The notes under the pieces: model-generated
Databases searched by the model: none
The model's input: the letters and a program-made list of their open reading frames with translations, nothing else
Told to the model about the DNA's origin: nothing
Translations under genes and position numbers: made by a program
Source of the DNA: Klebsiella phage vB_KmiS-Kmi2C
Sequence record: OP495736.1
Length of the DNA: 42,234 nucleotides
Direction: 5' to 3' (one strand)
In this document: one piece after another, positions 18,794-28,036 of the stretch
Layout of the letters: every line of letters starts with the position of its first letter
Position numbering within the stretch: the stretch's first letter is position 1

Positions 18794-19249
18794 TTAGCCT
18801 AATTCGTCGAAACGATATTCAATTATAACGTTATTTCTATAAAATAATTCTTCTTGCGATAATTCAATTATTCTAGGATTTCTAAACCAAATTCCGCCGT
18901 TAGCGCCTGAACTTCTAAACGAATTTCTAATTGCCATAGACAATCGTTTTAAAATATCGTTTGATTCAGCTAACGATTTAGGGGCGAAAACCTGAATAGT
19001 TAGCAAGCCTGTATTAGTATACGACTTTTTACCAATAGCGCCAACACAAACCGAAAGTGAAGTTTGTGGGCTACTTACCGTTTGATAGGAAACCCTAACC
19101 CAAAATTTAGAACCGTCTACATTTTCTTGTTTTTCAACGTTAGGCCATTGGATTTGTGGAAGATAACCGACGATTGGCGGAGCAATAATATTAAACGATT
19201 CTAAAAATTTAGAAAGAATAGAATCTACGGCGCTATAATAATCAATCAT
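18794..19249 (-). CDS. Tail terminator / tail completion protein
   Basis: 151-aa ORF in the neck gene block directly upstream of the major tail gene. Confidence 0.4.
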   Translation of the reverse strand: MIDYYSAVDSILSKFLESFNIIAPPIVGYLPQIQWPNVEKQENVDGSKFWVRVSYQTVSSPQTSLSVCVGAIGKKSYTNTGLLTIQVFAPKSLAESNDILKRLSMAIRNSFRSSGANGGIWFRNPRIIELSQEELFYRNNVIIEYRFDELG

Positions 19250-19623
19250 TTTTTAAATTCCACCGTATATAATATTTTTTGACCATTTGGCGATAACAAA
19301 TCTATATTTAAAATCTGATAAGTTACGCCATCTCTGATAACGATATCTTTTAACGAAGGTTCGAAAGATACATTACCCATTAATCCATAAACATCACCTA
19401 TTTTGGCCTCAGTCCCGGTAATAAAATGGATGAATTGGCGATTTTCTTTATTGATAGTAAAAAATGCGATTTCTGGCGTGTAGTCAGTTCCGGGTAAACT
19501 TTCAGGCTTCCACGGTTTACCAGCATCGGGAATAGTTTCGTTTAATTGACGCCATGTTACAGTTTGACCATTTTTCTTAATCAAACGTTTAGCCATTTCT
19601 ACTTGACGGTCAAATCTAGCCAT
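19246..19623 (-). CDS. Head-tail joining / head closure protein
   Basis: 125-aa ORF in the neck gene block, translationally coupled with its neighbours. Confidence 0.4.
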   Translation of the reverse strand: MARFDRQVEMAKRLIKKNGQTVTWRQLNETIPDAGKPWKPESLPGTDYTPEIAFFTINKENRQFIHFITGTEAKIGDVYGLMGNVSFEPSLKDIVIRDGVTYQILNIDLLSPNGQKILYTVEFKK

Positions 19624-20142
19624 TTATACACGCCTTGTTGTTAAAGACATTCCACAACCGCAACCGCCATTATAAAGTTTATTTAAAAGAGAGTCAGCCG
19701 CGCCAAAATGTTTTGTCATTCCCGCCTTAATAGGGTCAGCGTATTTTGTAGTAATCGGCCCTACTGTTTCTTCTGTAACATAATCCGACGGGCCATAGTT
19801 ACTAAATAAATCTACACCGGAATTAACTACAATGACTAATGAAGCTTGAGCGTCTTTTAATTGTTTTGGAATTTGATTATCTGGAAAAGGTTTGCAGTTA
19901 ACCATTGCGTCTTTTCTAGGCCAGCTTAACGCCTGATTATCATTAGTTCGTTCGCCTGAAAATTTACATTCTTTTGATTCTAAGTAATCAGAAGAATTAA
20001 TTAACATTGCCGCTATTTCGTCATCATCGCTAGGTAAAGTAACATTACGATTAGCCGCATAAGTTTTAGCGTATTCAACATCGATGTAAGAATTAGAATC
20101 TTCTTTTCCGGTTCCATCTTCTACAATAATCGTAATAGCCAT
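19624..20142 (-). CDS. Head-tail connector (gp6-like adaptor)
   Basis: ITIIVEDGTGKEDSNSYIDVEYAKTYAANRNV...DDDEIAAMLINSSDYLES resembles gp6-family connectors. ATG 20142 follows an aagg RBS. The track start at 20169 is a TTG codon. Confidence 0.5.
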   Translation of the reverse strand: MAITIIVEDGTGKEDSNSYIDVEYAKTYAANRNVTLPSDDDEIAAMLINSSDYLESKECKFSGERTNDNQALSWPRKDAMVNCKPFPDNQIPKQLKDAQASLVIVVNSGVDLFSNYGPSDYVTEETVGPITTKYADPIKAGMTKHFGAADSLLNKLYNGGCGCGMSLTTRRV

Positions 20143-20196
20143 TTTATTAACCTTATTTAGCGGCCCCAAAAGCCCACATATTGAGGCCGCGATTTA

Positions 20197-20550
20197 TTAA
20201 GAAAGCGCGATTGTGATAACGCCGTCAGTTACCGTAATTGTTGCCGTTGTTCCGGTTCCAGTTACTCCTGTAACCGTATCACCGTCAGTTACAATAGCTT
20301 GATTATCTGGTAGCGTTGGCGCTGGCGGGTTATCAGGGTCGATAACCGGAACCGAACTATAGGCGCTAGGGACTGTCCCAGCGACATAATCAGTGCTTTC
20401 TTTACCGGCACCATAGTTAAAGTTTCCTGCCGCGTTTCGTGTATAAACTGAATACGGCGCTTCGGCAATTGCATTTAGTTTGTCAATTGCTGTTTTTTCG
20501 GCGGCAGTTGCGACCGGGCCAGCAGTAAAATAAATAATTTTAGACGTCAT
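20197..20550 (-). CDS. Putative head decoration protein with a C-terminal Ig-like Thr/Gly-rich domain
   Basis: VTDGDTVTGVTGTGTTATITVTDGVITIALS repeat-like C-terminus. Located in the head module. Confidence 0.35.
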   Translation of the reverse strand: MTSKIIYFTAGPVATAAEKTAIDKLNAIAEAPYSVYTRNAAGNFNYGAGKESTDYVAGTVPSAYSSVPVIDPDNPPAPTLPDNQAIVTDGDTVTGVTGTGTTATITVTDGVITIALS

Positions 20551-20888
20551 TTTTTATCGCCCCAAGCTGGTTTAGAAGTCGATTTAGTTTCGGTTTTTAC
20601 TTCCTTAACTTCTTCGACTTTAGGCGGATTATCATCGCCATTAATAACTTCTTCGACTTTCTTTTTAAAACCCTTAATAGCTTCTTCAGCCGAAGGTTTA
20701 TTTTTGTAAATTTCGGGAATCATCCCCGCTACGCCGTCGCATTGTTCCAGACTTTCGGCATCACTTACGGCGCGAGCATTTCGGAAAACTACATGAGCTT
20801 TCATATTTTCAGCGGCTTCGAAATCTTTATTGCTAGGCGCTGGCCCATCGACGAAAAACAGGATTTTACATTTTTTGTTAAGTTTCAT
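20547..20888 (-). CDS. Hypothetical head-module protein
   Basis: 113-aa Lys/Glu-rich ORF downstream of the MCP terminator. Confidence 0.4.
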   Translation of the reverse strand: MKLNKKCKILFFVDGPAPSNKDFEAAENMKAHVVFRNARAVSDAESLEQCDGVAGMIPEIYKNKPSAEEAIKGFKKKVEEVINGDDNPPKVEEVKEVKTETKSTSKPAWGDKK

Positions 20889-20911
20889 AGTTTCAACCTT
20901 TAATCTTTAAT

Positions 20912-20935
20912 AAAAAAGGGGCCGAAGCCCCTTTT
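20912..20935 (-). terminator. Rho-independent terminator after the major capsid gene
   Basis: GGGGC ttcg GCCCC followed by T6 on the minus strand. Confidence 0.75.
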
Positions 20936-20963
20936 ATGTTCGGCATTAAGGCCGGGTTTAGAA

Positions 20964-21926
20964 TTAATGAGTTTTCAGCAGTACGCCAGCCAAATCTTTT
21001 TTATCAGTGGCGTAACGATCCCAGTTTGTGGAGGTCAGCAAAGCGGCGTTAGTTGGCGATTTACCACCGTTTGTTTTATCCCACGAATAACCTTTTACGC
21101 CGAGGTTGTATGACCATTCGGCTTGATAAGTTCGAACGATGTTTTCATCGCCGTTACTGGTATCAAAGTTATCATCGAAATCGTTATTCTGGTCAACACG
21201 CAGACCGCCAGAAACAAGGCCGAGCGTATTGTAAGTAGTACCGGAAACCAGTTGCGCCGAATCGGTCATAATCAGCAGTTTGCCGAACGGGTCGCGAGCT
21301 ACGTTAACGCTTTCATAGGTAAAAAGACGCTCGGCGTTATTAAGCGCATTACCATAGAGTTTATGAAGCGATGTAGAATGCATAACCCAAGCGAGAATTT
21401 CGCCGGAACGGTCGCCGAATTTAGATTGTGCCGTATTCAGGTTAACAAAACTCGGCTGGTCAGCCGGAGCAGTAGCGGCGGTTACATCGGTAATAATTTC
21501 GCTATCGTTAGAAAGCGCGGTAACGCCGCAACCAATCGCGATGTTAACCATATCCGCCAGCGTAGACACCGCAAGCTGACGGCCCAGCGCCGCGCCGCGT
21601 TCTTCCTGGCTACGCTGAATCCAGTTCATTTCGCCGGGGTCGAGGCGCACCGGAGGCGTACCAGCGGCAACTTTAACCATAGTGTCAACCAGATGTTGCA
21701 TATTAACTTCGGCAACAGTACCCGAACCGTAAGCGTTACGACGACGAACCAGACCGCTAATCTGTTTCCAAAACGCCTCGTCGCTGTAATCGCCTTGATG
21801 CGCGGCAGGTTGAAGAAGAATAGTCCCGGCTGACGCCTGATTAAAAAGCGCGATATTTTGCCGAAGAACTTCGGTCATAGACGAATAAACATATTCACTA
21901 AAAACGGCCAAATCTGAAAGTGCCAT
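20964..21926 (-). CDS. Major capsid protein (HK97-fold candidate)
   Basis: 320 aa, directly after the scaffold gene and followed by a strong terminator. Its GC content is clearly higher than the surrounding genome. Confidence 0.65.
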   Translation of the reverse strand: MALSDLAVFSEYVYSSMTEVLRQNIALFNQASAGTILLQPAAHQGDYSDEAFWKQISGLVRRRNAYGSGTVAEVNMQHLVDTMVKVAAGTPPVRLDPGEMNWIQRSQEERGAALGRQLAVSTLADMVNIAIGCGVTALSNDSEIITDVTAATAPADQPSFVNLNTAQSKFGDRSGEILAWVMHSTSLHKLYGNALNNAERLFTYESVNVARDPFGKLLIMTDSAQLVSGTTYNTLGLVSGGLRVDQNNDFDDNFDTSNGDENIVRTYQAEWSYNLGVKGYSWDKTNGGKSPTNAALLTSTNWDRYATDKKDLAGVLLKTH

Positions 21927-21940
21927 GATTTAATTTTCCT

Positions 21941-22630
21941 TTATTCCGCCGATTCTTTTTGTGCCTTCAAATGCGCGGCTAATTCCGCTGAAGACAATTT
22001 ATTTAAATCGACTTGTTGATTTTGAGGATTATTAAACTGATTACCACCGGAACCAGTTTCTTTATTTCCCCCGGCACCGCCAGAAGATTTGTTAGCAATG
22101 ATGATAGCAGAATAATCGGGGTTAGCAACAAATTCCTTTTCTAAGTCTTCCATGCTCATAGCCGAAACATTGCCGTCAGCGTCAGTAATGCGAATTGTGG
22201 GCTTGTCGCCTTCGATATCAGCCTGAAGACGTTTAGCAATTTCATTAACTAAAAGTTTCGGCGCTTTACTAATTCGGGTAGCAATAGACAATGCTTCGCT
22301 ATTAATAAGGTTAGAAGTAAGCTTATTAATTTTAGTTTCGAAAGCTGTTTTTTGAGTTTCTAATTTACCTTCGTAACTTCTGGTAAGCGTAGCAACATCT
22401 TTTTTAGATGTATCGGATTCAAGTTCAACTACGCGAGCTTCAGCAACAGCCAATTTATTTTCGGCTTCCTTGCGTAGTTCTGATTCACGGTCTTTAGCAC
22501 GTTTCAAAGCGCCAGTATCTTCAATCCCGGTAACGTCAAGCGAATAGCCTTCGCCTGAAGATTTATATTCGGCTTTGATTGCGTCAGGAAGGGATTCAAA
22601 TTCTTCTTTAGTAATTTTTAACTTTAACAT
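21941..22630 (-). CDS. Scaffolding protein
   Basis: 229 aa, highly charged coiled coil, between the portal and MCP genes. Confidence 0.6.
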   Translation of the reverse strand: MLKLKITKEEFESLPDAIKAEYKSSGEGYSLDVTGIEDTGALKRAKDRESELRKEAENKLAVAEARVVELESDTSKKDVATLTRSYEGKLETQKTAFETKINKLTSNLINSEALSIATRISKAPKLLVNEIAKRLQADIEGDKPTIRITDADGNVSAMSMEDLEKEFVANPDYSAIIIANKSSGGAGGNKETGSGGNQFNNPQNQQVDLNKLSSAELAAHLKAQKESAE

Positions 22631-22695
22631 AGCTACTAGCCTTCTTTTGGTTATGGCGGCACCGCCGCCGATTGATTGAATGTAGTTTAAATCAA

Positions 22696-24186
22696 CTATT
22701 GCGTAATGTCATTAGCTGAAGGCGCTGTTTTTTGAACTAATTCAGCTTGCGCTTTCTTATCGCTTAATATTTCCTGTTTAGCTTTGTCGTCGTCTTCCGT
22801 AGCAGTACCAGCACGACGCAAACCTACGCGCATTTCTGACCAGCTTATAGCGCCTTTAACCCATGAATCTATAATTTGATTTCGTTCTTCTGGCGTCGTT
22901 TTTGAAATATCAAAATCAGTATTTAAAACATATTCGTTTTTATCACTTAATTTGATATTCATATACATAGCGCATTGTTCCAAAGCCCACATTATAGCTT
23001 CGTTTACGTTTTTAGTAACGGTTCCGAGCGTAGAATTTTCACCGATGTTTTCTACTTTAGCTTCAAATGCAGTTCTTTGAACTTGTTTTTGTTCGACTAA
23101 TTTAGCGCCTAAAGCTACCATTTGACGCTCTTTAATTTCCATAGCTTCTTTAATCATGGTATTTGGTACGGCTTGAACTAGTTTTAAATCCATGTTCTCA
23201 CCTAATGGAACCCCGCCAATAGAACCGAAATTAATTTTCTTGTCTAATACGTCTTCATACCATGTTTGAGTTAAGCCAGTAACAACAGGCGTAGGTTGCC
23301 CAACGATGAAACAAGATTCTTCATAATCGGCGCTGTTTCGATAATGAGCAATATTTAAATCAGCCAAATCATAAAAGTTAGGATTATCTGGATTAGAATC
23401 ATTATTTTCCGAACCTACAAACATAAACGGAATAAATTTTAACGGCTTTCCGTCAGGGCCGCGAGGTTTAAGCGAAGTATGCAATTTAAATTGGGTATTA
23501 TCGTATTTTTTATCTTCTTTATAATCAGTATACGAGTTAGCTTCCCGATAAATATCAATATTATAATTACCTTCTTTATCGAGATATAAAACCCTGAATT
23601 GCGGAGCGTCTTTTCTTTCAAATCCATCATCAAAATAACAAAAAGATTCAGCTAACACAACTAGCGACAATCTTTCCTCGGCCCCCATTTCGACAATTCG
23701 CCAGTTTATAATTTCTAACGGCGAATAAACGTTAATAGTTGGTCTGATTCCGCCATCTTTCAAATCTTCTACTGTAGCGCCTTCTTCAGTAGTCGGATAG
23801 TCTACAAATATTCCTGAACGGGAATATGCAAGCGTCATAGAAAGCGACTTTTTAGAAAGCTGGTTAAGCGTAACACCGCCACCAGTAGCGTTATTAATAA
23901 TCGGTTCCATTTCTACAGGCAAATTAACAATCGGTTCCCTGTTAAAAACCTGACCGACTAAACCGATTAAGGTTCTTCTCGTTACATTATAGAAAACAGC
24001 GCGTTTTAAATATTGTTCATAACGAGCAATATTTTCTGGCGATTGATTTGTAGGATTAGGCATAGGTAAATATTGCTTACCACGCTCTTTAACCGTTTCT
24101 GAACCTGATAAGCAATCGCGAATAAGTTTGTAAAGCGGCATTAAAGACCGTACTTCTTTTCGGATAAAAGCAACGTTTTTAGACAT
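22696..24186 (-). CDS. Portal protein
   Basis: 496-aa ORF immediately downstream of TerL. Confidence 0.7.
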   Translation of the reverse strand: MSKNVAFIRKEVRSLMPLYKLIRDCLSGSETVKERGKQYLPMPNPTNQSPENIARYEQYLKRAVFYNVTRRTLIGLVGQVFNREPIVNLPVEMEPIINNATGGGVTLNQLSKKSLSMTLAYSRSGIFVDYPTTEEGATVEDLKDGGIRPTINVYSPLEIINWRIVEMGAEERLSLVVLAESFCYFDDGFERKDAPQFRVLYLDKEGNYNIDIYREANSYTDYKEDKKYDNTQFKLHTSLKPRGPDGKPLKFIPFMFVGSENNDSNPDNPNFYDLADLNIAHYRNSADYEESCFIVGQPTPVVTGLTQTWYEDVLDKKINFGSIGGVPLGENMDLKLVQAVPNTMIKEAMEIKERQMVALGAKLVEQKQVQRTAFEAKVENIGENSTLGTVTKNVNEAIMWALEQCAMYMNIKLSDKNEYVLNTDFDISKTTPEERNQIIDSWVKGAISWSEMRVGLRRAGTATEDDDKAKQEILSDKKAQAELVQKTAPSANDITQ

Positions 24187-24187
24187 T

Positions 24188-25762
24188 TTAAGCCCCGTAA
24201 TTTAATGAAATTTTAACGCCTTTACCCGCAAGTTTACCCGAACTTTTTAAGACGCGGTAACGGGTCATATCATAAGGATGGTCTTCTGACGTTGTATCTA
24301 CGTCATCTAAATTCTTATCATCGCGTGGCAATGTTGGAATTGTTGAAATAGATGCTACACAATTTTCCATAAAATATAAACCCGGTTCATTTTTATTTTT
24401 TAAAACGGCTTCTAATCGTTCCCTGACTAATTGCATACCGTTAATTCGCGAACCCGGCGATTTGTCTGATTTTTCCCATTCAATACCTTTAGCTTTCATT
24501 TTATCGTGTATTGTTTCAACATCACTTTCGTTTTTGTTATTAATCTGGTTATCGGCTGGCCCCGCTGAAGGCTTTTTAGAAATCCAACCGTTTAACATTA
24601 GTGAATCTTCTACGGCTTTAATTTCTAAAGCGATATCGCCAGCAGATTTTTTAAGACCTTTGTTTGTACCTATTTCTTTAGTTCCGTATAGTTCGAAAAT
24701 TTGAATTAATGTACCCTTAGGAGGACAAAACGAATATTCATTGCCTTCATATATTATAGTAGCTTCTTCGCCGTTAGCCTCGGCCCACCAGCCCACACTA
24801 TAGGGATGCGTTGAACCCCAATCAAAAGCGCGGTCTATATGCCAAGTATGCGGAATAACAAAGCGTGGAATAACATGTTTATTTCGTTGCCAAACATCAT
24901 CAAAAGCGCCACCTGTTACGATATCCCAATCGCCATAAAGCCAAGCGCGGCGAAGGTTTTCATCGGTAATGCTTTCGAGTTCTGCAACGTATTCAGGCGG
25001 AAGATAAATATTTTCACGATATGAACCGAAAATAGCAACTTGAGTTTTAGTTACTGTATCGTTCATTTGCGTTTGCGGGTTAAATACTTCGACTTCAGTT
25101 CTAACAACGCTACCGCGTGGCGCAACATCAATAAATCGACGTTTAACCCAATTATGCCCCGGCCCGTTAGGGTTAGTTGTACTGAATACTTCTAACGGTA
25201 TTTTCGGTAATGGCAATCCGTCAGGCGTTTTATAATTGCCGTCATCGTCTTTAGGCGTGTCGCGTTCAGGTACAAAAGTACAACGGTTAACCGACATAAA
25301 TTTATCATATAAATCACAAGTCGGATATTTCGTTAATTCGTTCCAACCAATGAACGGATATTCGTGACCGTGAAAACCATCGTAATCAGCGGGTTTTTTA
25401 ACGTGACGAAATAACAGTTCTTCGCCAGTGGGCCAAATCCATTTATAAGCGCTCGCCGATTCTAAAAATTTAGCTTCAGGAAAAATAATCGGAAACCATT
25501 TTTTAGATTCGGTTACAAGACCGGAAAGGTTATCAAATTCTCTATCGAAAATAACGCCTTTCCAGTATTTGCCGTAACCTAAACCAACGCGACTAGCAAA
25601 TCGCATTAATTGTGTAATTGTTTTACCGGGGCCGCGAGCGCCTTCATATAATATATGCGAGCAAGGGCAACTAATAGCTAATTCTTGCGAGCTATTAGGT
25701 ATAGGTTGCCAGCCTATTTCGTAGGCTAACGGGGTAGGTTTAGTGTCGAGTATCGCTGACAT
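24188..25762 (-). CDS. Terminase large subunit
   Basis: Walker A ILYEGARGPGKT. 524 aa. Followed by the portal gene. Confidence 0.85.
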   Translation of the reverse strand: MSAILDTKPTPLAYEIGWQPIPNSSQELAISCPCSHILYEGARGPGKTITQLMRFASRVGLGYGKYWKGVIFDREFDNLSGLVTESKKWFPIIFPEAKFLESASAYKWIWPTGEELLFRHVKKPADYDGFHGHEYPFIGWNELTKYPTCDLYDKFMSVNRCTFVPERDTPKDDDGNYKTPDGLPLPKIPLEVFSTTNPNGPGHNWVKRRFIDVAPRGSVVRTEVEVFNPQTQMNDTVTKTQVAIFGSYRENIYLPPEYVAELESITDENLRRAWLYGDWDIVTGGAFDDVWQRNKHVIPRFVIPHTWHIDRAFDWGSTHPYSVGWWAEANGEEATIIYEGNEYSFCPPKGTLIQIFELYGTKEIGTNKGLKKSAGDIALEIKAVEDSLMLNGWISKKPSAGPADNQINNKNESDVETIHDKMKAKGIEWEKSDKSPGSRINGMQLVRERLEAVLKNKNEPGLYFMENCVASISTIPTLPRDDKNLDDVDTTSEDHPYDMTRYRVLKSSGKLAGKGVKISLNYGA

Positions 25763-26210
25763 TAATTAATTCTTGTTGTTGTTTTTTGGCGGCGCTTTCC
25801 CATTCATCTAAATTTCCGTGGTCACGGATAACAATAACTTTTGGGACAACGTTATTAGTAACATTAACGGAAGCTTCTTTTTTAATAAATCCGTTAGATT
25901 CAGCATACAGTTTAGCTAATTTAGCAAAATCTGAATCGTCAAACGAACGTTTCATTCTTTCCCAAATAGCCATTTTGAAATCTATTTCTGTAGGTAAAAA
26001 TGATTCGCCTGTAGAATCAGAATCGCGAATATTTTGTTGAATCGACAAAACTTCCGGGTCGTTAGGCCAATGCGCGGCAACCCATATAGCACGATTGTTA
26101 TTGGAAGGGAACATAGCAAACGCTATTTTGTATGGGTCAGCGTCAGGACGCAACATTTTAAGCGCGAAGGCTTCTTTTTGCTGCCGCTCTAATTCTTGTT
26201 TTTCGCTCAT
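25740..26210 (-). CDS. Putative terminase small subunit
   Basis: 156-aa ORF overlapping the TerL start. It is the first gene after the lysis-cassette terminator. Confidence 0.45.
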   Translation of the reverse strand: MSEKQELERQQKEAFALKMLRPDADPYKIAFAMFPSNNNRAIWVAAHWPNDPEVLSIQQNIRDSDSTGESFLPTEIDFKMAIWERMKRSFDDSDFAKLAKLYAESNGFIKKEASVNVTNNVVPKVIVIRDHGNLDEWESAAKKQQQELINVSDTRH

Positions 26211-26212
26211 AT

Positions 26213-26260
26213 CAAAAAGCCTTTGGTAAGTTGAATGTTATCAACTATAAACCAAAGGCC
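26213..26260 (-). terminator. Rho-independent terminator after the lysis cassette
   Basis: GCCTTTGGT / ACCAAAGGC outer stem with inner AGTTGA / TCAACT stem, then TTTTT on the minus strand. Confidence 0.55.
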
Positions 26261-26268
26261 GGGAAAAG

Positions 26269-26544
26269 TCATTTATTTTTAGAGCAGTTGGCTTTATATG
26301 CTCTATTGTGGGCTAATATCATTTTAGCCGTTTCGGGGCTTATTTCGCCTTCTTCTATTAGCTTTATTTCATATTTGGTTAATGTAATCGGTTTAACCCA
26401 TTTGCAAGCGGTATCGATAATTATTTTTTCAGTTGCTACCGCTTGCGGAATTGTCGTCGGATTCTGAATCGGAGCGCGACCAATCGCGGCGCAATTCGTC
26501 AGCAACGGAATTAATAGGAGTGGCAATAACTTTATCTGTTTCAT
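26269..26544 (-). CDS. o-spanin (Rz1-like outer-membrane lipoprotein), overlapping the i-spanin 3' end out of frame
   Basis: Signal peptide MKQIKLLPLLLIPLLTNC with a Cys. The mature part is Pro-rich with Cys residues. It starts inside the i-spanin and runs past it. Confidence 0.65.
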   Translation of the reverse strand: MKQIKLLPLLLIPLLTNCAAIGRAPIQNPTTIPQAVATEKIIIDTACKWVKPITLTKYEIKLIEEGEISPETAKMILAHNRAYKANCSKNK

Positions 26545-26770
26545 CTTTAGCCGCCTTAATTGCGTTAACTTCGCTTTCTGAAGCGACGCGGCTTTTATTA
26601 ATTTCGTTTACCGCTAAAGCTTCGTTATCAGATATTTTTTGATTAGCGCTATCAACTTCGTTTTCGCTTTTACCGATTTTCTTTCCGGCAAAATAAACAG
26701 AAATTAAAGCGCCAATAGCTACAAAAAAGCCAACTAAATAAACTTTAAACTTAGCTAATAGCGCAATCAT
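26429..26770 (-). CDS. i-spanin (Rz-like)
   Basis: N-terminal TM helix VYLVGFFVAIGALISVYFAG. The periplasmic part is coiled-coil. Confidence 0.7.
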   Translation of the reverse strand: MIALLAKFKVYLVGFFVAIGALISVYFAGKKIGKSENEVDSANQKISDNEALAVNEINKSRVASESEVNAIKAAKDETDKVIATPINSVADELRRDWSRSDSESDDNSASGSN

Positions 26771-26771
26771 T

Positions 26772-27239
26772 TTAAATAAGCCCTTTATAAGCGTCGTATG
26801 TTCCGCTTTTCATAACTTCGGCATGACGTTTAGCGCGTTCGGGGGTTTGTTTTGCCCACAAACTAGCAAGCATCGCATCGCCAGCTTTAGAATATTGTTC
26901 TTCAGCAATAAGGCGCAATGTAGTTTTGAAATAATCAAGACCAGCAACGCCCATTTGATACGCCATAGAATAAAGGATATCGGCGCGAGCATCGTTACAT
27001 TTAAGCAACGCCTTAGCAATATCAGGACGTTTTTTCATTTCGGCGGTTTTAGTATCAATCATATATTGTTTCCAAACATCGCCAACTACGCGAGGAACCG
27101 TAAACGTATAATTAGACAATGCCGCGCCTTTTGGCCCGATTTTAATTCCCCCGGCAATTGTCGGATATCCTTCGGTATCACGATATACTTTTTCTTTATA
27201 ACCTTCTTCGAAATTAAGAATCGGAACCAGCTTCGTCAT
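26772..27239 (-). CDS. Endolysin, GH24 T4-lysozyme-like muramidase
   Basis: EGYKEKVYRDTEGYPTIAGGI matches the catalytic E...D...T region of T4 lysozyme. Confidence 0.9.
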   Translation of the reverse strand: MTKLVPILNFEEGYKEKVYRDTEGYPTIAGGIKIGPKGAALSNYTFTVPRVVGDVWKQYMIDTKTAEMKKRPDIAKALLKCNDARADILYSMAYQMGVAGLDYFKTTLRLIAEEQYSKAGDAMLASLWAKQTPERAKRHAEVMKSGTYDAYKGLI

Positions 27240-27498
27240 TATTCGAACCTTTTAATTTTGTTTGTTTTACAAGTCTTGCGACCATAGAAAGAATGAAAAT
27301 ACCAACGCCAATTAAAGGCGTGTATCGTTCAGGAATAAAAGCCTTTAAATCTGACGGAAGCAAGTTCCACGCATAAAGGGCAGCATCGGGAAAGGCGATA
27401 AGTAATGAAGTTAAAGCGGCACCAATTGCGGCTAATCTAATCGACCATAGTTTATGTGCTTGCTTCCATTCTTTTACTAATTCTACTTTTTTAATCAT
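27214..27498 (-). CDS. Holin (two predicted TM helices)
   Basis: 94 aa. TM helices WSIRLAAIGAALTSLLIAF and LIGVGIFILSMVARL. Charged C-terminus. It overlaps the endolysin start. Confidence 0.65.
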   Translation of the reverse strand: MIKKVELVKEWKQAHKLWSIRLAAIGAALTSLLIAFPDAALYAWNLLPSDLKAFIPERYTPLIGVGIFILSMVARLVKQTKLKGSNNDEAGSDS

Positions 27499-27806
27499 TT
27501 GACACGCGCCCCGCGTAAATAATTATCTACGTCTTTCTTTAGCGAATCAATGTCTTTTGTGTTAGCGTCAGTCTTAACAGAAATTGAATCTACACGACCG
27601 CCTAAAATCAAAACGTTTTGGTTAACTGTATTAAACGAATCGTTTTGTTTTTCCAGACGTTCGTTAATTTTATCGAAGGTATTAATAAGAGAATCGACTT
27701 TGACATATAACCCGCCAAGCGAAAATATAATCGCGGCAGCGCAACCAATTAACCACGGCAAAGGTAATTTTGTTTCAATCACGGTTTGTTTATTTTGCTC
27801 GCTCAT
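27495..27806 (-). CDS. Holin/antiholin-like single-TM protein
   Basis: 103 aa. TM LPWLIGCAAAIIFSLGGLYV followed by a coiled-coil region. First gene of the lysis cassette. Confidence 0.5.
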   Translation of the reverse strand: MSEQNKQTVIETKLPLPWLIGCAAAIIFSLGGLYVKVDSLINTFDKINERLEKQNDSFNTVNQNVLILGGRVDSISVKTDANTKDIDSLKKDVDNYLRGARVK

Positions 27807-27835
27807 TGCGAATTATCCGTTTGGGAGTTTTCACA

Positions 27836-27864
27836 AATATAGCGCGGGGAATGGGGCAGGTCAA
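27836..27864 (-). promoter_or_regulatory. Sigma70-like promoter for the lysis cassette
   Basis: Minus strand: TTGACC, 17 nt, TATATT. It lies about 25 nt upstream of ATG 27806. Confidence 0.55.
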
Positions 27865-27906
27865 AAAGAAAAAGCCCCGGTAACATATAAAATGTTCATC
27901 CGGGGC
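27862..27906 (-). terminator. Rho-independent terminator after the GC-rich moron
   Basis: GCCCCGG...CCGGGGC stem followed by TTTTTCTTTTT on the minus strand. Confidence 0.6.
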
Positions 27907-28036
27907 CAAGTTCCTTATGGCGGTCTTGAACTTAATCAATATGCCTAAAGGGAGGTAAATAAATCAAGTTACAGCGCAAACCCTACTACACAACCTAACG
28001 GGTTAACCATAACTTGATTACGACGATAATGCAAAT

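Noticed and set aside
21123-21833. 236-aa plus-strand ORF antisense to the capsid gene
   Set aside because: It lies wholly inside the GC-rich MCP gene on the opposite strand. Long antisense ORFs are expected in GC-rich coding DNA. It has no RBS or start context, and its sequence is Arg-rich and low-complexity.
22631-22695. GGCGGCACCGCCGCC palindrome between the scaffold and portal genes, considered as a terminator
   Set aside because: The loop would be only 2 nt and there is no T-run. It is more likely part of the ribosome-binding region for the scaffold gene.
26823-27287. 154-aa plus-strand ORF antisense to the endolysin
   Set aside because: The endolysin assignment on the minus strand is unambiguous from its T4-lysozyme motifs. 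This is an antisense artefact.
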